Below, piece by piece: positions 9,986-20,786 of a stretch of 64,000 nt of DNA. The stretch lies in contig CBDBGZ010000004.1 in the NCBI GenBank assembly GCA_965205425.1, forward strand, positions 192,001-256,000, written 5' to 3'. The position numbers and the translations under genes were made by a program. Source of the stretch: Nitrosopumilus sp. (lineage in GTDB: Archaea; Thermoproteota; Nitrososphaeria; Nitrososphaerales; Nitrosopumilaceae). Under the pieces are notes generated by a model. It saw only the letters and a program-made list of their open reading frames with translations. It did no database searches and was not told where the DNA came from. The stretch's first letter is position 1. Each line of letters opens with the position of its first letter.

Positions 9986-11131
9986 TCATTGTACTTCAAT
10001 ATCTAGAAAATCAAATTTTTGACACATACAAGGAGTATCAAGAATTTTTGAAATTCCAGGAGCAATATTATCACTAATTACAAATCGTTTGATAGGAAGT
10101 CCACCCTCAGCCTGAATGTTCAAAGTAAACATATTCTTTGAGATTTTTTTGTATTTGACTTGAAAAATTTTCTTCTCAGAGCGTTTTCCAGATTTCTCAT
10201 AAACTACGATAGGGTTGAGAGTTAAATCTTTTAATTTTTTTAAATATTTAGAATCAACTTGAACTTCAGTTGAAATTGTTATTTTGATGGTGGAAGTAAA
10301 TTTCAAAGATTTTTTTGGAGATTCATAGACCAACTTCAAATTGGACAAATCTATCGTGTTAGTTGTGATATTAGATAATTTTACTTTTCGTTTTAATGGA
10401 TTTTGTATTTTAACAAAAAATGGCCTACCAGTTCCTAGAACTAAACTTGAATGATCTTCACCTCCAATCCAAGTAAATTTTGCAGTAGTTCCACCAAATT
10501 TTTTGAAAATTAATTTTGAGATGGCCCCTTCAACACTATCATATTCTGCAATACCATGAAAATTACAAATCCTACATCCTTTACCGGAACAATTATCACA
10601 AGACTTTTGTTTTTGTGGAAAACCTCGTTGTTGTTTTACATACCTGCCTGAAATGACGATAGATTTTGAGCGTAAATGACACAATTCATCTTTAAAATTT
10701 ACAGTGAAAGTTGTTTCAGGATCTATATGATCTATTGTTTTCTTTGTTTTTCTAGAAAATAAAATTCCTAGTTCTTTAGTAATGTCTGTCTTTACACTAT
10801 CTATGCCCTTTAATTTGAATTCAGAACGAATGAAATCATCTCTATCAACAATGGAGGGTTTGATCATAGCACCAACACTAAATGTTGTGAAAGAATAGGT
10901 TGATGAAGCATCTATCATTAATTTTAGAAAATGATGTAGGTTATCAAATAGATTTTTACAAACATAGCATTTTTCAGAAGAATCTAACTTTTTGTGTAAT
11001 TTTTTCCCCAATACTTTGTTTGAGGATAGATGCAGTTGTTTGGAAAATAATCGCCCTAAACAATGATCACATAAATCATATTTTTTTAAAATTTTATCTG
11101 CAATAGGAATAATTTCTGAATAAGTAGACAT
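9986..11131 (-). CDS. pus10: tRNA pseudouridine synthase Pus10-like
   Basis: LCDHCLGR zinc site, THUMP region, GRYVK, GGED..LG.GRPF, AEGGL.IK. Confidence 0.85.
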   Translation of the reverse strand: MSTYSEIIPIADKILKKYDLCDHCLGRLFSKQLHLSSNKVLGKKLHKKLDSSEKCYVCKNLFDNLHHFLKLMIDASSTYSFTTFSVGAMIKPSIVDRDDFIRSEFKLKGIDSVKTDITKELGILFSRKTKKTIDHIDPETTFTVNFKDELCHLRSKSIVISGRYVKQQRGFPQKQKSCDNCSGKGCRICNFHGIAEYDSVEGAISKLIFKKFGGTTAKFTWIGGEDHSSLVLGTGRPFFVKIQNPLKRKVKLSNITTNTIDLSNLKLVYESPKKSLKFTSTIKITISTEVQVDSKYLKKLKDLTLNPIVVYEKSGKRSEKKIFQVKYKKISKNMFTLNIQAEGGLPIKRFVISDNIAPGISKILDTPCMCQKFDFLDIEVQ

Positions 11132-11157
11132 GTTTGAACTGAAATTTAGGTATGAGA

Positions 11158-12486
11158 TTATCCTAATCCCATTTTTCTAAGAGTCCCTTGCATTTGACGA
11201 CCTTTTGAAGCCTTCATCATATTCTTAGAATTTTTATAATTTTTGATTAATTCTTTAACTTCACCTTCAGGCCATCCAGAACCGCGAGATATTCTTTTGA
11301 TTCTAGATGAGTTAAGTAATCCTTCAGGATCTGCTTTTTCTGCTTTGGTCATACTTTGAATGATGAATCTCCATTTTGTAACTCTGCCTTCCATTTGATC
11401 AACTTGATCACCTTTTACCATTCCAGATAAACCAGGCATACTATCAAGAATTCCTTGTAATGAACCCATTTTACTGACTTCTTCTAATTGTGAAAGGAAA
11501 TCTTCCATGTTCATTTTTCCACTAGAAATTCTTTTCATTCTAACGTCATCTCCTTCATTTTCTAATCGTTTAGCCAAATCTAATACAGCTTGAATATCAC
11601 CCATTCCAAGTAATCTTCCAACAAATCTAGTAGGGGAGAATTTTTCTAAATCATCAATTCTCTCACCAGTTCCTATGTACATTATTTGTGCACCAGTAGC
11701 GGCAGATGCTGCAAGTGCACCACCACCTTTTGCAGAACTATCTAATTTTGTAATAATTACACCACCAACTGGGATAGTTTTATGGAATGCTTCAGCTTGA
11801 TTGAAACATTGTTGCCCAATGGTTCCATCAATTACAAGTAAAGCTAAATCAGGATCTGCTACTTTGTTTATTCTTTCCATCTCTTCAAGTAAATTTTGTT
11901 CTTCTTTATGACGACCAGCAGTATCAATTAGAATAACATCCAAAGTTTGACCTGCAAAATGTTTTAAACCATTTTTTACAATACTAGGAGAATCTTTGTT
12001 ATTTTCTTCTCCATAAACTTCAACATTTGATTTTTCACACATAGTTTTTAGTTGTACTAAGGCACCAGGTCTGTAGGTATCAGCCCCTACAACCCCGATT
12101 TTGTATCCCTGTCCAGTTAAAAATTTGGCAAGTTTAGATGCCACAGTAGTTTTACCACTGCCTTGAATTCCCAGTAAAATTATCTTATTTTGTCTATCAG
12201 GTTTGAAATCAAAATCAGACTCATTTCCAAGTAATTTTGATAATTCGTCATAGAGGATTTTTACGATATGATCTTTACGAGAAAGTCCAGGTGGAGGAGT
12301 TTCATTTAGAGCACGATCCTCAAGATTTTTTGTGATTTGTAATACTAGGCGTACATTGACATCTGATTGCAATAATGCCCTTTGAACATCTTTTGAGAGT
12401 TCTTTGATTAGTTCCTCATCAATTCCCGAAGATTTTACAATTTTTTTGATTGCATCACCTAAACTAGTCTTAAGACCATCAAGCAT
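11158..12486 (-). CDS. srp54: Signal recognition particle protein SRP54
   Basis: GIQGSGKTT, DTAGR, TKLD, Met-rich M domain. Confidence 0.97.
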   Translation of the reverse strand: MLDGLKTSLGDAIKKIVKSSGIDEELIKELSKDVQRALLQSDVNVRLVLQITKNLEDRALNETPPPGLSRKDHIVKILYDELSKLLGNESDFDFKPDRQNKIILLGIQGSGKTTVASKLAKFLTGQGYKIGVVGADTYRPGALVQLKTMCEKSNVEVYGEENNKDSPSIVKNGLKHFAGQTLDVILIDTAGRHKEEQNLLEEMERINKVADPDLALLVIDGTIGQQCFNQAEAFHKTIPVGGVIITKLDSSAKGGGALAASAATGAQIMYIGTGERIDDLEKFSPTRFVGRLLGMGDIQAVLDLAKRLENEGDDVRMKRISSGKMNMEDFLSQLEEVSKMGSLQGILDSMPGLSGMVKGDQVDQMEGRVTKWRFIIQSMTKAEKADPEGLLNSSRIKRISRGSGWPEGEVKELIKNYKNSKNMMKASKGRQMQGTLRKMGLG

Positions 12487-13168
12487 TGTAATTCAATTCC
12501 GCATCCACTATTTCAAACCTTCCTCTATATCCATCCCAATTTTTTTCAGCTTGGTTAATTTTGATCGAATGTGAAAACAAAGGACAATTTATTACAAAAG
12601 TTTCAGCCTCGCCACCTTCAAAATTTAAATTAAATCCAAATTTTTCAGATAATGATTTCAACAAAACAATATCAGGTTTTGAAATAATTTTTCCCAACCA
12701 AGAATCATCCAATCCATCAGAAGATACAGTAGTCATTATAAAATCGAATTTTGAATTTACTAATTCATTCATATAAAATTCGGGTTCAGTATCCCATAAT
12801 GGAGAAATTACATTCAAATTTAATTTTGTGCAGATATTTTCAAATTTTTCTTTTTGGAATTTACTTTTAATTCCACCATGAACTAATCCATCTATTTGGT
12901 ATTGATCAATTGCACTTTGCAATAAATTTTCCATTAATGATAATTCATCATCAGTTTGATCAGAGTTTGATGTAATGGTTAATTGTGGAATTTTCATTGA
13001 GTCAGACTGTAGTTTTGTCCATTTCATGTTTGGATGGTGGAGTAGATGACTCTCATCAGACTTTGGAAAAACACTCAAAAGGCATTTAATTTCATGTCCT
13101 TGTTTTTGTGCCAGATAGATTGCATATGTACTATCTTTACCACCTGAAAAAAGGGAAGCTAATTTCAT
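12479..13168 (-). CDS. dph6: Diphthine-ammonia ligase
   Basis: SGGKDS PP-loop, EGGEAET. Confidence 0.9.
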   Translation of the reverse strand: MKLASLFSGGKDSTYAIYLAQKQGHEIKCLLSVFPKSDESHLLHHPNMKWTKLQSDSMKIPQLTITSNSDQTDDELSLMENLLQSAIDQYQIDGLVHGGIKSKFQKEKFENICTKLNLNVISPLWDTEPEFYMNELVNSKFDFIMTTVSSDGLDDSWLGKIISKPDIVLLKSLSEKFGFNLNFEGGEAETFVINCPLFSHSIKINQAEKNWDGYRGRFEIVDAELNYNA

Positions 13169-13186
13169 ATTCTAAAAAATATTTAA

Positions 13187-13213
13187 TTCAATAAATTTAA
13201 AAAATTTATTGAA
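13187..13213. promoter_or_regulatory. Perfect 12-bp inverted repeat upstream of dph6
   Basis: TTCAATAAATTT-aaa-AAATTTATTGAA; terminator hairpin or dimeric-regulator site. Confidence 0.45.
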
Positions 13214-13214
13214 A

Positions 13215-13282
13215 AAGATGCTTCAATACTCATAATCGTCATCACCAAATCAGACGGCTTTTCCGATAATCATCAGCATCCT
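13215..13282 (-). ncRNA. Archaeal C/D box guide sRNA
   Basis: Minus strand AGGATG-CTGATGA(C)-TTATCGGAAAAGCCGT-CTGA(D')-TTTG-GTGATGA(C')-CGATTATGAGTA-TTGA(D)-AGCATCTT with complementary termini. Confidence 0.8.
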
Positions 13283-13695
13283 CAATCGCTTTTAATGCGC
13301 ATTATTTTAGTTCTATCCATAACAACCCAGTATTCTACATTTTGACCATTTTCCAATTTACCTTTGACTTCATCATCAATCAAAGAAATGTCAACAGTCT
13401 CAAATGATTCAGAATCCATAACTTGTATGGTATCACCATTAATTGAGATAATTTGACCAACTTTTTTGTTAATCATTGGAATGTGAATTTGCATACTGAC
13501 AGGGCCTACATGAGGTCTTTTTTGACCATCAAAAATTCCTTGACCGACAATTCTTGCTTTTGCTGCACCGTGTTTACCTGGTTTTGAAGTATCATATTCT
13601 ACAATTTTACATGGCTCTCCACTAGGTTGATCAGAGTGAGGCAATAGAATGTATGATCCAATTTTCAATGAACCAAGATCAGATGGTTTACTCAT
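13282..13695 (-). CDS. eif5a: Translation factor aIF-5A
   Basis: Hypusine motif SKPGKHGAAK. Confidence 0.97.
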   Translation of the reverse strand: MSKPSDLGSLKIGSYILLPHSDQPSGEPCKIVEYDTSKPGKHGAAKARIVGQGIFDGQKRPHVGPVSMQIHIPMINKKVGQIISINGDTIQVMDSESFETVDISLIDDEVKGKLENGQNVEYWVVMDRTKIMRIKSD

Positions 13696-13789
13696 GAAAA
13701 ACAGTTTTTGGTCGAATATTTAACGTTTACACACGTAAACCAAGTAGAAAATAATTTTGAAATTACAATTGAAAAAAACAATCAGTCAC

Positions 13790-14909
13790 TATACTTCCTA
13801 ACACAAGTTCATCAACCATCTTCTCGCCGTATTACTTGAGAATGTCTAAATTGAATCGTCTGGTTCTGTAATATTTGGAGATGTTATTTTTTAGATTACT
13901 TGGAGATGGCAGATACTGTGAGACCAACAAATTGTATTTTCCTTAGCTTTCATACTTTCTCAACTGCATTAAACTGTGGTTGAGCCTTTTGGAGACCAAT
14001 TCAATAGAATATCATTGCATTCTCATCAAGATATTTTTGTACTAGTTTTGATCTGTGTTGTGGTGCTCAGTCTGCATAGACTAGAATCTTGCCAAACTTT
14101 CTGTGCAATTCCTTTAGATAATCCAAAAAAAACAGTACTGATCAAATTTTTTATATTGTCTGAATAATTGTCTGCAGTCATGAGTCAGTGCACCAAAAAT
14201 GATTGTCTTTTGATGTGACCCGTTTACTAGAATAATTGGACGTGTTCCTTTCTTTATCGCCCACACATCTTTTTTCTAAATAATGCATCAGCAGTAAAGA
14301 TGGACTCGTCTTGTGCAAGAACTGTAAACTCTTCTCTGCTATTTTTGAGGCTATTTGTTCTTTGGAGTTTCTTAAAACCAGAGTTTTTCCTCAATACTAG
14401 CTGAATTTACAAATCTTTTTGCTGCAACCTTTGGAACAAATCCCACCTGTGTAATAATCTGTACACATGTACCTCATTATATTTTACACCTGATTTTTGA
14501 TAAATCAGATTCATCACTTGTTTTGCACTCCAGCCTGACTGGTTTTCTGCAATTTGCAGTTGGATGCTGACTAGTTTCTTTTTTGGCATATGCATACTAG
14601 TTGGCCTTTGGATCCTTGGTTTGTCATACATACCATCTATTCTTCTCTCCCTCTTTGAATCTATCTAACCATTTGTATGCCCATGAACGTACACGCCTAA
14701 GACTCTTTGCAACATGTGATGCAATCTGTTTGTCAAGTAAGACTTGTTTTATCAAAAATAATCTCTCTTTTACCTTGACGTTCTTTTCATTTTTGTATGC
14801 TTGAATTAATTGTAAATTATTCATGGTTTGATGTGTAATGTTTTGATCAATATGGCATTTGGTAAAATAAATTAGGTGAATGGATCATAAAATTTTGTTA
14901 GAGAGTATA
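13790..14909 (-). mobile_element. Degenerate IS630-family element (second type)
   Basis: Ends TATACTTCCTAACA / TGTTAGAGAGTATA; fragmented ORFs with AYKNEK..KERL, GWSAKQV..SGVKY, AQDESIF, SP..NxVE-like motifs. Confidence 0.8.
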
Positions 14910-15139
14910 TGCCGAATTCAAGAGAGTAAATGAAGTTACAAAAATAGAATTAACGCCAAAATCATTAAGAATGATTTTTGTTGAAAGGTGCATTGACTGT
15001 AACATTGACAAAAATGTGATTGACATATTTGAGGGTCGAACCCTAAAGGTGTTCAATCCAAAATTTATAGAAACTATTCCCCTGAGAGACTAAAAGAACA
15101 TTACAACAAAGTTGAAGAGTCTTTGATTTTGTGAATAAT

Positions 15140-16012
15140 TCAAAGATTTGAAATTTCATCTAGAATTGTATTTGCAAATCTTCTTTTTGCATTTTTAGTT
15201 TTTATAATTTTTTTCAAGTGTGGGATTAATTCTTTGTCTCCAAAGGATAGTTTTAACACATTATAATATTCCAGTATAGTAGAATCATTTTCCTCACAAG
15301 ATATTTTCTCCATCATATTTTCTGCCCTTGATATTTTATCTTCAAGTAAAAGATGACTCATTGCATGTTGTAAAAATATCTGTACTATCTCACCATGTCT
15401 TGGTTCAATTGATACTGTTAATCTGAATTTTGACATTTTTTCAAATTCTGAAATAATTTTTTGTGTGGTACTGTCAAATTTCATGTAATAGCGTTGCATT
15501 AATGGTGATACCTGACGTAATAAGATTTCATCGAATTCATAATTTTTTGATAGGTTTCTTTCTGCATCAATGACTAGTTCTATTATTACAAATACAAACC
15601 TCAAAGGATCTCTTATTTCAGATTTTTTATACTCTACAGGATAATTTGTAAACATTTGATTTAGCAGGTTAATTGCATGTGCTGATAGTAAGCCTCTTTT
15701 TTTGTCAACATTGAGAGTTTTGATTATTTTTAGTAGGATTACAGAAAATATAGAATAATTCTTCGCAGATGCTCCGTTATTTTTCAAACATTGAATCTCA
15801 AAATTATTTGCAAATTCATCTAGAATTTTTGGAATTTGTTCAGTTTGTTCTATATTTCTGAAATTGATTATTTTGCCTGTGTCTTCTTTTGATGGGAATA
15901 GTGGACTTGCTAGTTTTAATGCACTTTGGATTGATGTTAATTTGCTTTTGTTTCCCTTACCGTATTTGCTTTTTTGTAGGGCTTGAATTGATTTAATCAA
16001 TGAATCATGCAA
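15140..16012 (-). CDS. Hypothetical protein
   Basis: 290-aa open frame, no recognised motif. Confidence 0.7.
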   Translation of the reverse strand: MHDSLIKSIQALQKSKYGKGNKSKLTSIQSALKLASPLFPSKEDTGKIINFRNIEQTEQIPKILDEFANNFEIQCLKNNGASAKNYSIFSVILLKIIKTLNVDKKRGLLSAHAINLLNQMFTNYPVEYKKSEIRDPLRFVFVIIELVIDAERNLSKNYEFDEILLRQVSPLMQRYYMKFDSTTQKIISEFEKMSKFRLTVSIEPRHGEIVQIFLQHAMSHLLLEDKISRAENMMEKISCEENDSTILEYYNVLKLSFGDKELIPHLKKIIKTKNAKRRFANTILDEISNL

Positions 16013-16442
16013 TGTTTTACCATGAAATTTCTTTTTGATAAATGTAGATATTAAATAAAAAATAAAAAATATGCAAGTAGAGTATTCTACTTTGCAATTA
16101 TGGTTTGTCTTTTCATCAGTTCTTTTCTGTCTACGTTGATTGTGTATTTGCCACGACCGTAAGGCTCAGGCGGTATAGGGATTTGCTGACCTACCATCTT
16201 TATCGTGTCATTTCCGAATTTATCAATCAATGAATTCTTTGACTGTTTGTTTAGAGTCCATACTCCGAATAATTTATAAAATTCTGACTTTCTATATATA
16301 CCAGTGTTTCCACTCCACGTATAATTTTAGAATCTTTATTTTTCTTCTTCAAAATGATTTCTGGAAAAAATATTATTCAGGATATATGATCATATTGTAA
16401 TCACTAGTGCTAATATGGAATTGTGCTTTTATAGAAAAAATG

Positions 16443-17810
16443 GTATGTGTTTAGGTCACGCCTAGATTAAACCGAATAATTTAGATCAGAGAAGAATTTT
16501 CAAGAAATAATGGACTCTAAACCGTGCAAAAACTGTGATGATTTGGCAAGAAAAAATATAGAATTGGAAATCAAAATCAAGCAGCTGGAATCAAAATTAT
16601 CTTACTATGATAACCCAAACTCTCCGCCATCATCTGATTCTCTCCATTGGAGGAAACAAAAGAAGAACAGAAAATCAAACCATCACAACAAACCAGGACA
16701 AAAGCCGGGACACAAGGGAACAACTACTAATTTCAAACCAACAGAGACCATTCTTCACAAAACAGACCAATGCTCAATATGTAGCAGCAAGAAGATAGAA
16801 CAAACCACACAACAAACCAGAATCATTGCAGAAATTCCAAAACCGCAACCAGTTATCATAACCAAACACGTAATCCACTCATACTTTTGCAACAACTGCG
16901 GCAACACAACGACATCTGATTGTGCAATACCCCAGAAAGGAAATTTGGGATTTAATTTGACAGGGATCATACTATCTCTGTGGTCAGCTAGAATTACACT
17001 AAGAAACATTGCAAAGATGCTTCAATCATTTTATTGTATAAAAATATCTGCAGGTACAATCAACAATTGTCTGTGTAACACTTCTGCAGCACTAGAACCT
17101 GTCGTAGAGAAAATCAGAGATGACATCTGTGCCTCAAAATCTGCGCATTTTGATGAGACAAAATATTCCATTCATGGAAATACGGGATGGGTATGGACTG
17201 GAGTGAACCAGAACTCGTGTTTTATCACAGTTGAGAAAAGTCGAGGCAAAAATGTGTTACAGAAACATTTCCCATCATTTGCAGGAGTTGCAGTCTGTGA
17301 TGGATGGATGCCATACCATATGTTTAGTATCAGACAGAGGTGCTGGGCCCACATACTGCGTGAGGCAAGACACACATCAGAAAAACTAGAAACAGACAAT
17401 TCTACCTCATTGTATCAATCTTTGAAAGAATTGTTTGTATACATCACATTATACAAAATAGAAAAACCAAATTATTTTCTGTATGATTCTGCCATACTGT
17501 CATTGGAGCAAATCCTGTTACAATATACTGATGATGAATCATTACAAAAATTTCTAACCAAGATTAATAACGCAAAGAATAACCTGTTCACATTTTTGCT
17601 ATATCCAGGAGTGGAACCAACAAACAATGCAGCTGAGCGTGCATTACGAGAGTCAGTAATTTGTAGAAAGATTCGTGGATGTGTTAGGAATGAGAAGGGT
17701 ATGAGAATGTTTGGAAATTTAATGAGTTGTATTATGACATGGAAGGTTAGGAATTGCAATATTTTAGATGAAATTGTGAAATATGTGTGAGTCTGGACCT
17801 AAACACGTAC
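16443..17810 (+). mobile_element. IS66-family element (single-ORF type), copy 1
   Basis: TIR GTATGTGTTTAGGTC / GACCTAAACACGTAC; 8-bp TSD AAAAAATG; 1368 bp. Confidence 0.95.
16510..17790 (+). CDS. IS66-family transposase
   Basis: NSPPSSD, GQKPGHKG, zinc finger, HFDET, QRCWAH, PTNNAAERALR. Confidence 0.95.
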   Translation: MDSKPCKNCDDLARKNIELEIKIKQLESKLSYYDNPNSPPSSDSLHWRKQKKNRKSNHHNKPGQKPGHKGTTTNFKPTETILHKTDQCSICSSKKIEQTTQQTRIIAEIPKPQPVIITKHVIHSYFCNNCGNTTTSDCAIPQKGNLGFNLTGIILSLWSARITLRNIAKMLQSFYCIKISAGTINNCLCNTSAALEPVVEKIRDDICASKSAHFDETKYSIHGNTGWVWTGVNQNSCFITVEKSRGKNVLQKHFPSFAGVAVCDGWMPYHMFSIRQRCWAHILREARHTSEKLETDNSTSLYQSLKELFVYITLYKIEKPNYFLYDSAILSLEQILLQYTDDESLQKFLTKINNAKNNLFTFLLYPGVEPTNNAAERALRESVICRKIRGCVRNEKGMRMFGNLMSCIMTWKVRNCNILDEIVKYV

Positions 17811-17815
17811 AAAAA

Positions 17816-18028
17816 ATGTATAATCAACTTATGAAACAAACACGAACCTTAAACAATTATAAATCCAAAACTAAGCGTACGAATATGGCAAGCAGTATTC
17901 AATTAGTCAAAGATGGTGGTTTTGGGAAATACCAAAAAAGTGAAGGTAAAATCGCATGCAATTACGCAAACGCAGATTTAGCGGTAAAAGCAATGTTAAA
18001 ATTCGTTGAAAAAAAAGCCAATAGATGA
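17816..18028 (+). CDS. Small protein, putative antitoxin
   Basis: 70 aa; ATG lies in the IS66 TSD; stop overlaps the toxin-like start (ATGA). Confidence 0.45.
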   Translation: MYNQLMKQTRTLNNYKSKTKRTNMASSIQLVKDGGFGKYQKSEGKIACNYANADLAVKAMLKFVEKKANR

Positions 18029-18251
18029 GATACGCAGTTTCCCTTTCTAATATTTTTAAAGAACAGTTAGCACATATTGTAGAATTTGATACTCTAACTA
18101 ATTCTAAGAAAGTAATTCAAAATACTAAGCAAACGGCTAAAGAATTAGAAACAATGTAAAGATCAGGAATATCTATGCAAACAACACGTATTCGTTCACC
18201 TGTAACTGGAACAAAGTATATTGTAGTTTATCGGGTAGTCAATAATCCCCA
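18025..18251 (+). pseudogene. RelE/ParE-like toxin remnant
   Basis: MRYAVSLSNIFKEQLAHI...ELETM*RSG...RIRSPVTGTKYIVVYRV; in-frame TAA at 18157; cut by IS remnant. Confidence 0.55.
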
Positions 18252-19142
18252 TGACCAATTACAGAATTGTAAAACTCTACGAGTTTTATTCTCTCTGGCG
18301 GCGTATGTTGGTATTGTTTTATTGAAGTAACTAGTCTCAGATTTTTTTTGTTGCTAAATTGATGCAGTGAACCGTTGTCATATGCAGGATCACATGAGAT
18401 ATTCTCGACAAATCCTGCAAGATTCAGTTAGTATTTCATACATCTTCTTGTCGTCATAAACATTTGCAGTTGAGACATCAGCAGATAGTGGAACAACCAG
18501 TTTGCCAGTACTACAACTCATATGCAGTTTGTACCCAAATATCCAACCCTTTGATTTTGAAAAACCCCGTTTTGCATCTGTGTCAATTCCTGAGATTGGA
18601 ATTCTATTCTTTTTCATATCTGACTTGTGCCATCTGGACCTGTAGCTTTTAGCATGGAACTATCCACTGATGTAGATATGTCATCGACTAGTTTATCGGA
18701 GATAAACTGATTTCCCATATTACTGATTATATCACCAATTGGCAGAACTTGAAATCGTCTGTCAATGGCTCTTCTGTTTGGAATTTGAGTTAATCTGCAA
18801 ACCTTGAAGAATTTATCATTGGTACCCTTAGTCAAAAGAAAATAATGTAATGTATTGTTGTTTGGAATTCTCATCCATGACTTTATGATGAACAGCTGCT
18901 GTACCATCAGAATTGTAGAGTATAAGTACGGTCTACCAGGTTTTCAGTATCTCCTCATACAAAGACAACATTCCCACCAAATGTAACACACCAATAAGAA
19001 ATGATTCCGATAGAATCTTGCCCTAGGGATTTTCATTTGTTTTGACATTCCAATGAACAAAACATGATAAGATCCTTAGCTTTTTCCATTTGAATAATTT
19101 GAGAATTGACTCAAAAATTAGAATTAGTTATGCTCATGTCTC
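18252..19142 (-). mobile_element. Truncated, frameshifted copy of the IS982/IS5-like element at 25565-26708
   Basis: Colinear with ~25821-26708 with multiple indels; retains end ...CATGTCTC. Confidence 0.9.
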
Positions 19143-19475
19143 AAATACACAAATTTCATGAAATATCTCCACTATTGAAAAACAAACTGAAACCAAAATT
19201 ACAACAAATCTAAATATAAAAAGAGGAGATGAAAATGTAATCATTGCAGACCAAAAGTTATTTTAACATTTTCCCTATGCACTGAATGCTTTGTAATAAT
19301 GCTGGTGATTGCTAATCTGTCATCTTTAAAATCAAATGCAGTCTTTGTGTTTGCTAAAAAGAGATTTTGTAGTGATAATATTCCCACCAGTTATGTGTGG
19401 CAACAATTCCATACAAATCTCCTTTATCACTACTCTCAATAACAGTACCACAACATTTCCTCAATTCATCAAACA

Positions 19476-20786
19476 TCAAGAAGATGGATCGTATAATTTA
19501 CCCATAAACAAAATTGCGCCACTGTCATTATCTTCTATTAAGAACAAGAAAGGATGATCTGCTATGAATTTTGGTGGAGGTGGGGGTCCACTCTCACGGA
19601 AGGTGGTAATGGTAGTTACTGCAGTAGCTTCTGTTCCCTCTTCGTTTACCTTGACATATGCATCCTGGGTTGCTTTAGAAACATAGAGTGGACCAAGAGA
19701 CGATGGGCCAATTCCTGTAAGATCAGAAGTGTGCTCATCAAATACATCAAGCATTCCCAAAGCTATGAGATGCTCATTTAGAAAATAATTTGTCTTCATC
19801 TCAAACTTTGGCATCGATACAACAACTGGTGTACTGGACATACTTTTATTCCATTTTTGTATCTGTTGTGCAGAAAGAACATTCTCCTCAAAGTGCTGTA
19901 CATCTAGACTCTCAGGCAATATCACCAGCATGGATAGTCTGTCACCCTCGTATGGCAACCTTAGCACCTGTGCCCCATCAGAGTGAGTGTAATTAAATGA
20001 AGAACGCTGATTCATAAAATCAGCCTTTACACTTGATGTGGCATTTTGTCTAAAGTCTGACTCTATTGTATCCTCTACTGAAAACTGGGAAAGCCATGTT
20101 CCCTTAAAATAAATGGCGTTGTTAATTACCATGGCAGTTGTGGGTTTCAAATCTCCGGGGATTACAACTTTTGTGATTTTGTCATTAGTCTTCTCTGAGG
20201 CCCATTGGTTTATTGTTTCGGCACTGCCCTCAGCATCAGAGCTAAAATCAAGTATTTCAGCAGTTGCAATGTATGTTTTATCTGCAATATCTAGGTATTT
20301 GGGGTATGGTGAGAATATATTGGCAATCCATAATGCGTTTGCAACTTGTAGTGTTGCATAAGGATCATCTGGGTTTAGTGCTGATATCATATGGGCAATA
20401 GAGTTGTGACGTAAAAATGCATCAGGTTCAAATCCAAACACCTGTTCTATCTGTTTGGCAGTATTTTCTCGTGCACCCTCATACAGTAAAGAAAATGCAG
20501 TATACATGCCAGTAGGTGAGAAAAAAATATTCTCATCTGTTGATATCTGTTGGTAAAACTTTACTGCAAATTCGTTATTTGATTGGGCAATTTCTCTAGA
20601 GATTGCAGTATAGTTGTGGTTCAGGCTTGAGGCATCCAGTATCATATGATCATATTCATCTGCAACAGAATTATCTTTCATTGTATCATTTGATGTTAAA
20701 ACATCAGGACCAGATATACCAAGTACAACAGATACAGCTATTATGGATACTATAGCAGATATCACTATTAGATATTGCTTATTCAT
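19476..20786 (-). CDS. Serpin (serine protease inhibitor), N-terminally anchored/secreted
   Basis: NIFFSP, NAIYFKGTW, hinge VNEEGTEATA, FIADHPFLF..ILFMG; hydrophobic N-terminus. Confidence 0.95.
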   Translation of the reverse strand: MNKQYLIVISAIVSIIAVSVVLGISGPDVLTSNDTMKDNSVADEYDHMILDASSLNHNYTAISREIAQSNNEFAVKFYQQISTDENIFFSPTGMYTAFSLLYEGARENTAKQIEQVFGFEPDAFLRHNSIAHMISALNPDDPYATLQVANALWIANIFSPYPKYLDIADKTYIATAEILDFSSDAEGSAETINQWASEKTNDKITKVVIPGDLKPTTAMVINNAIYFKGTWLSQFSVEDTIESDFRQNATSSVKADFMNQRSSFNYTHSDGAQVLRLPYEGDRLSMLVILPESLDVQHFEENVLSAQQIQKWNKSMSSTPVVVSMPKFEMKTNYFLNEHLIALGMLDVFDEHTSDLTGIGPSSLGPLYVSKATQDAYVKVNEEGTEATAVTTITTFRESGPPPPPKFIADHPFLFLIEDNDSGAILFMGKLYDPSS

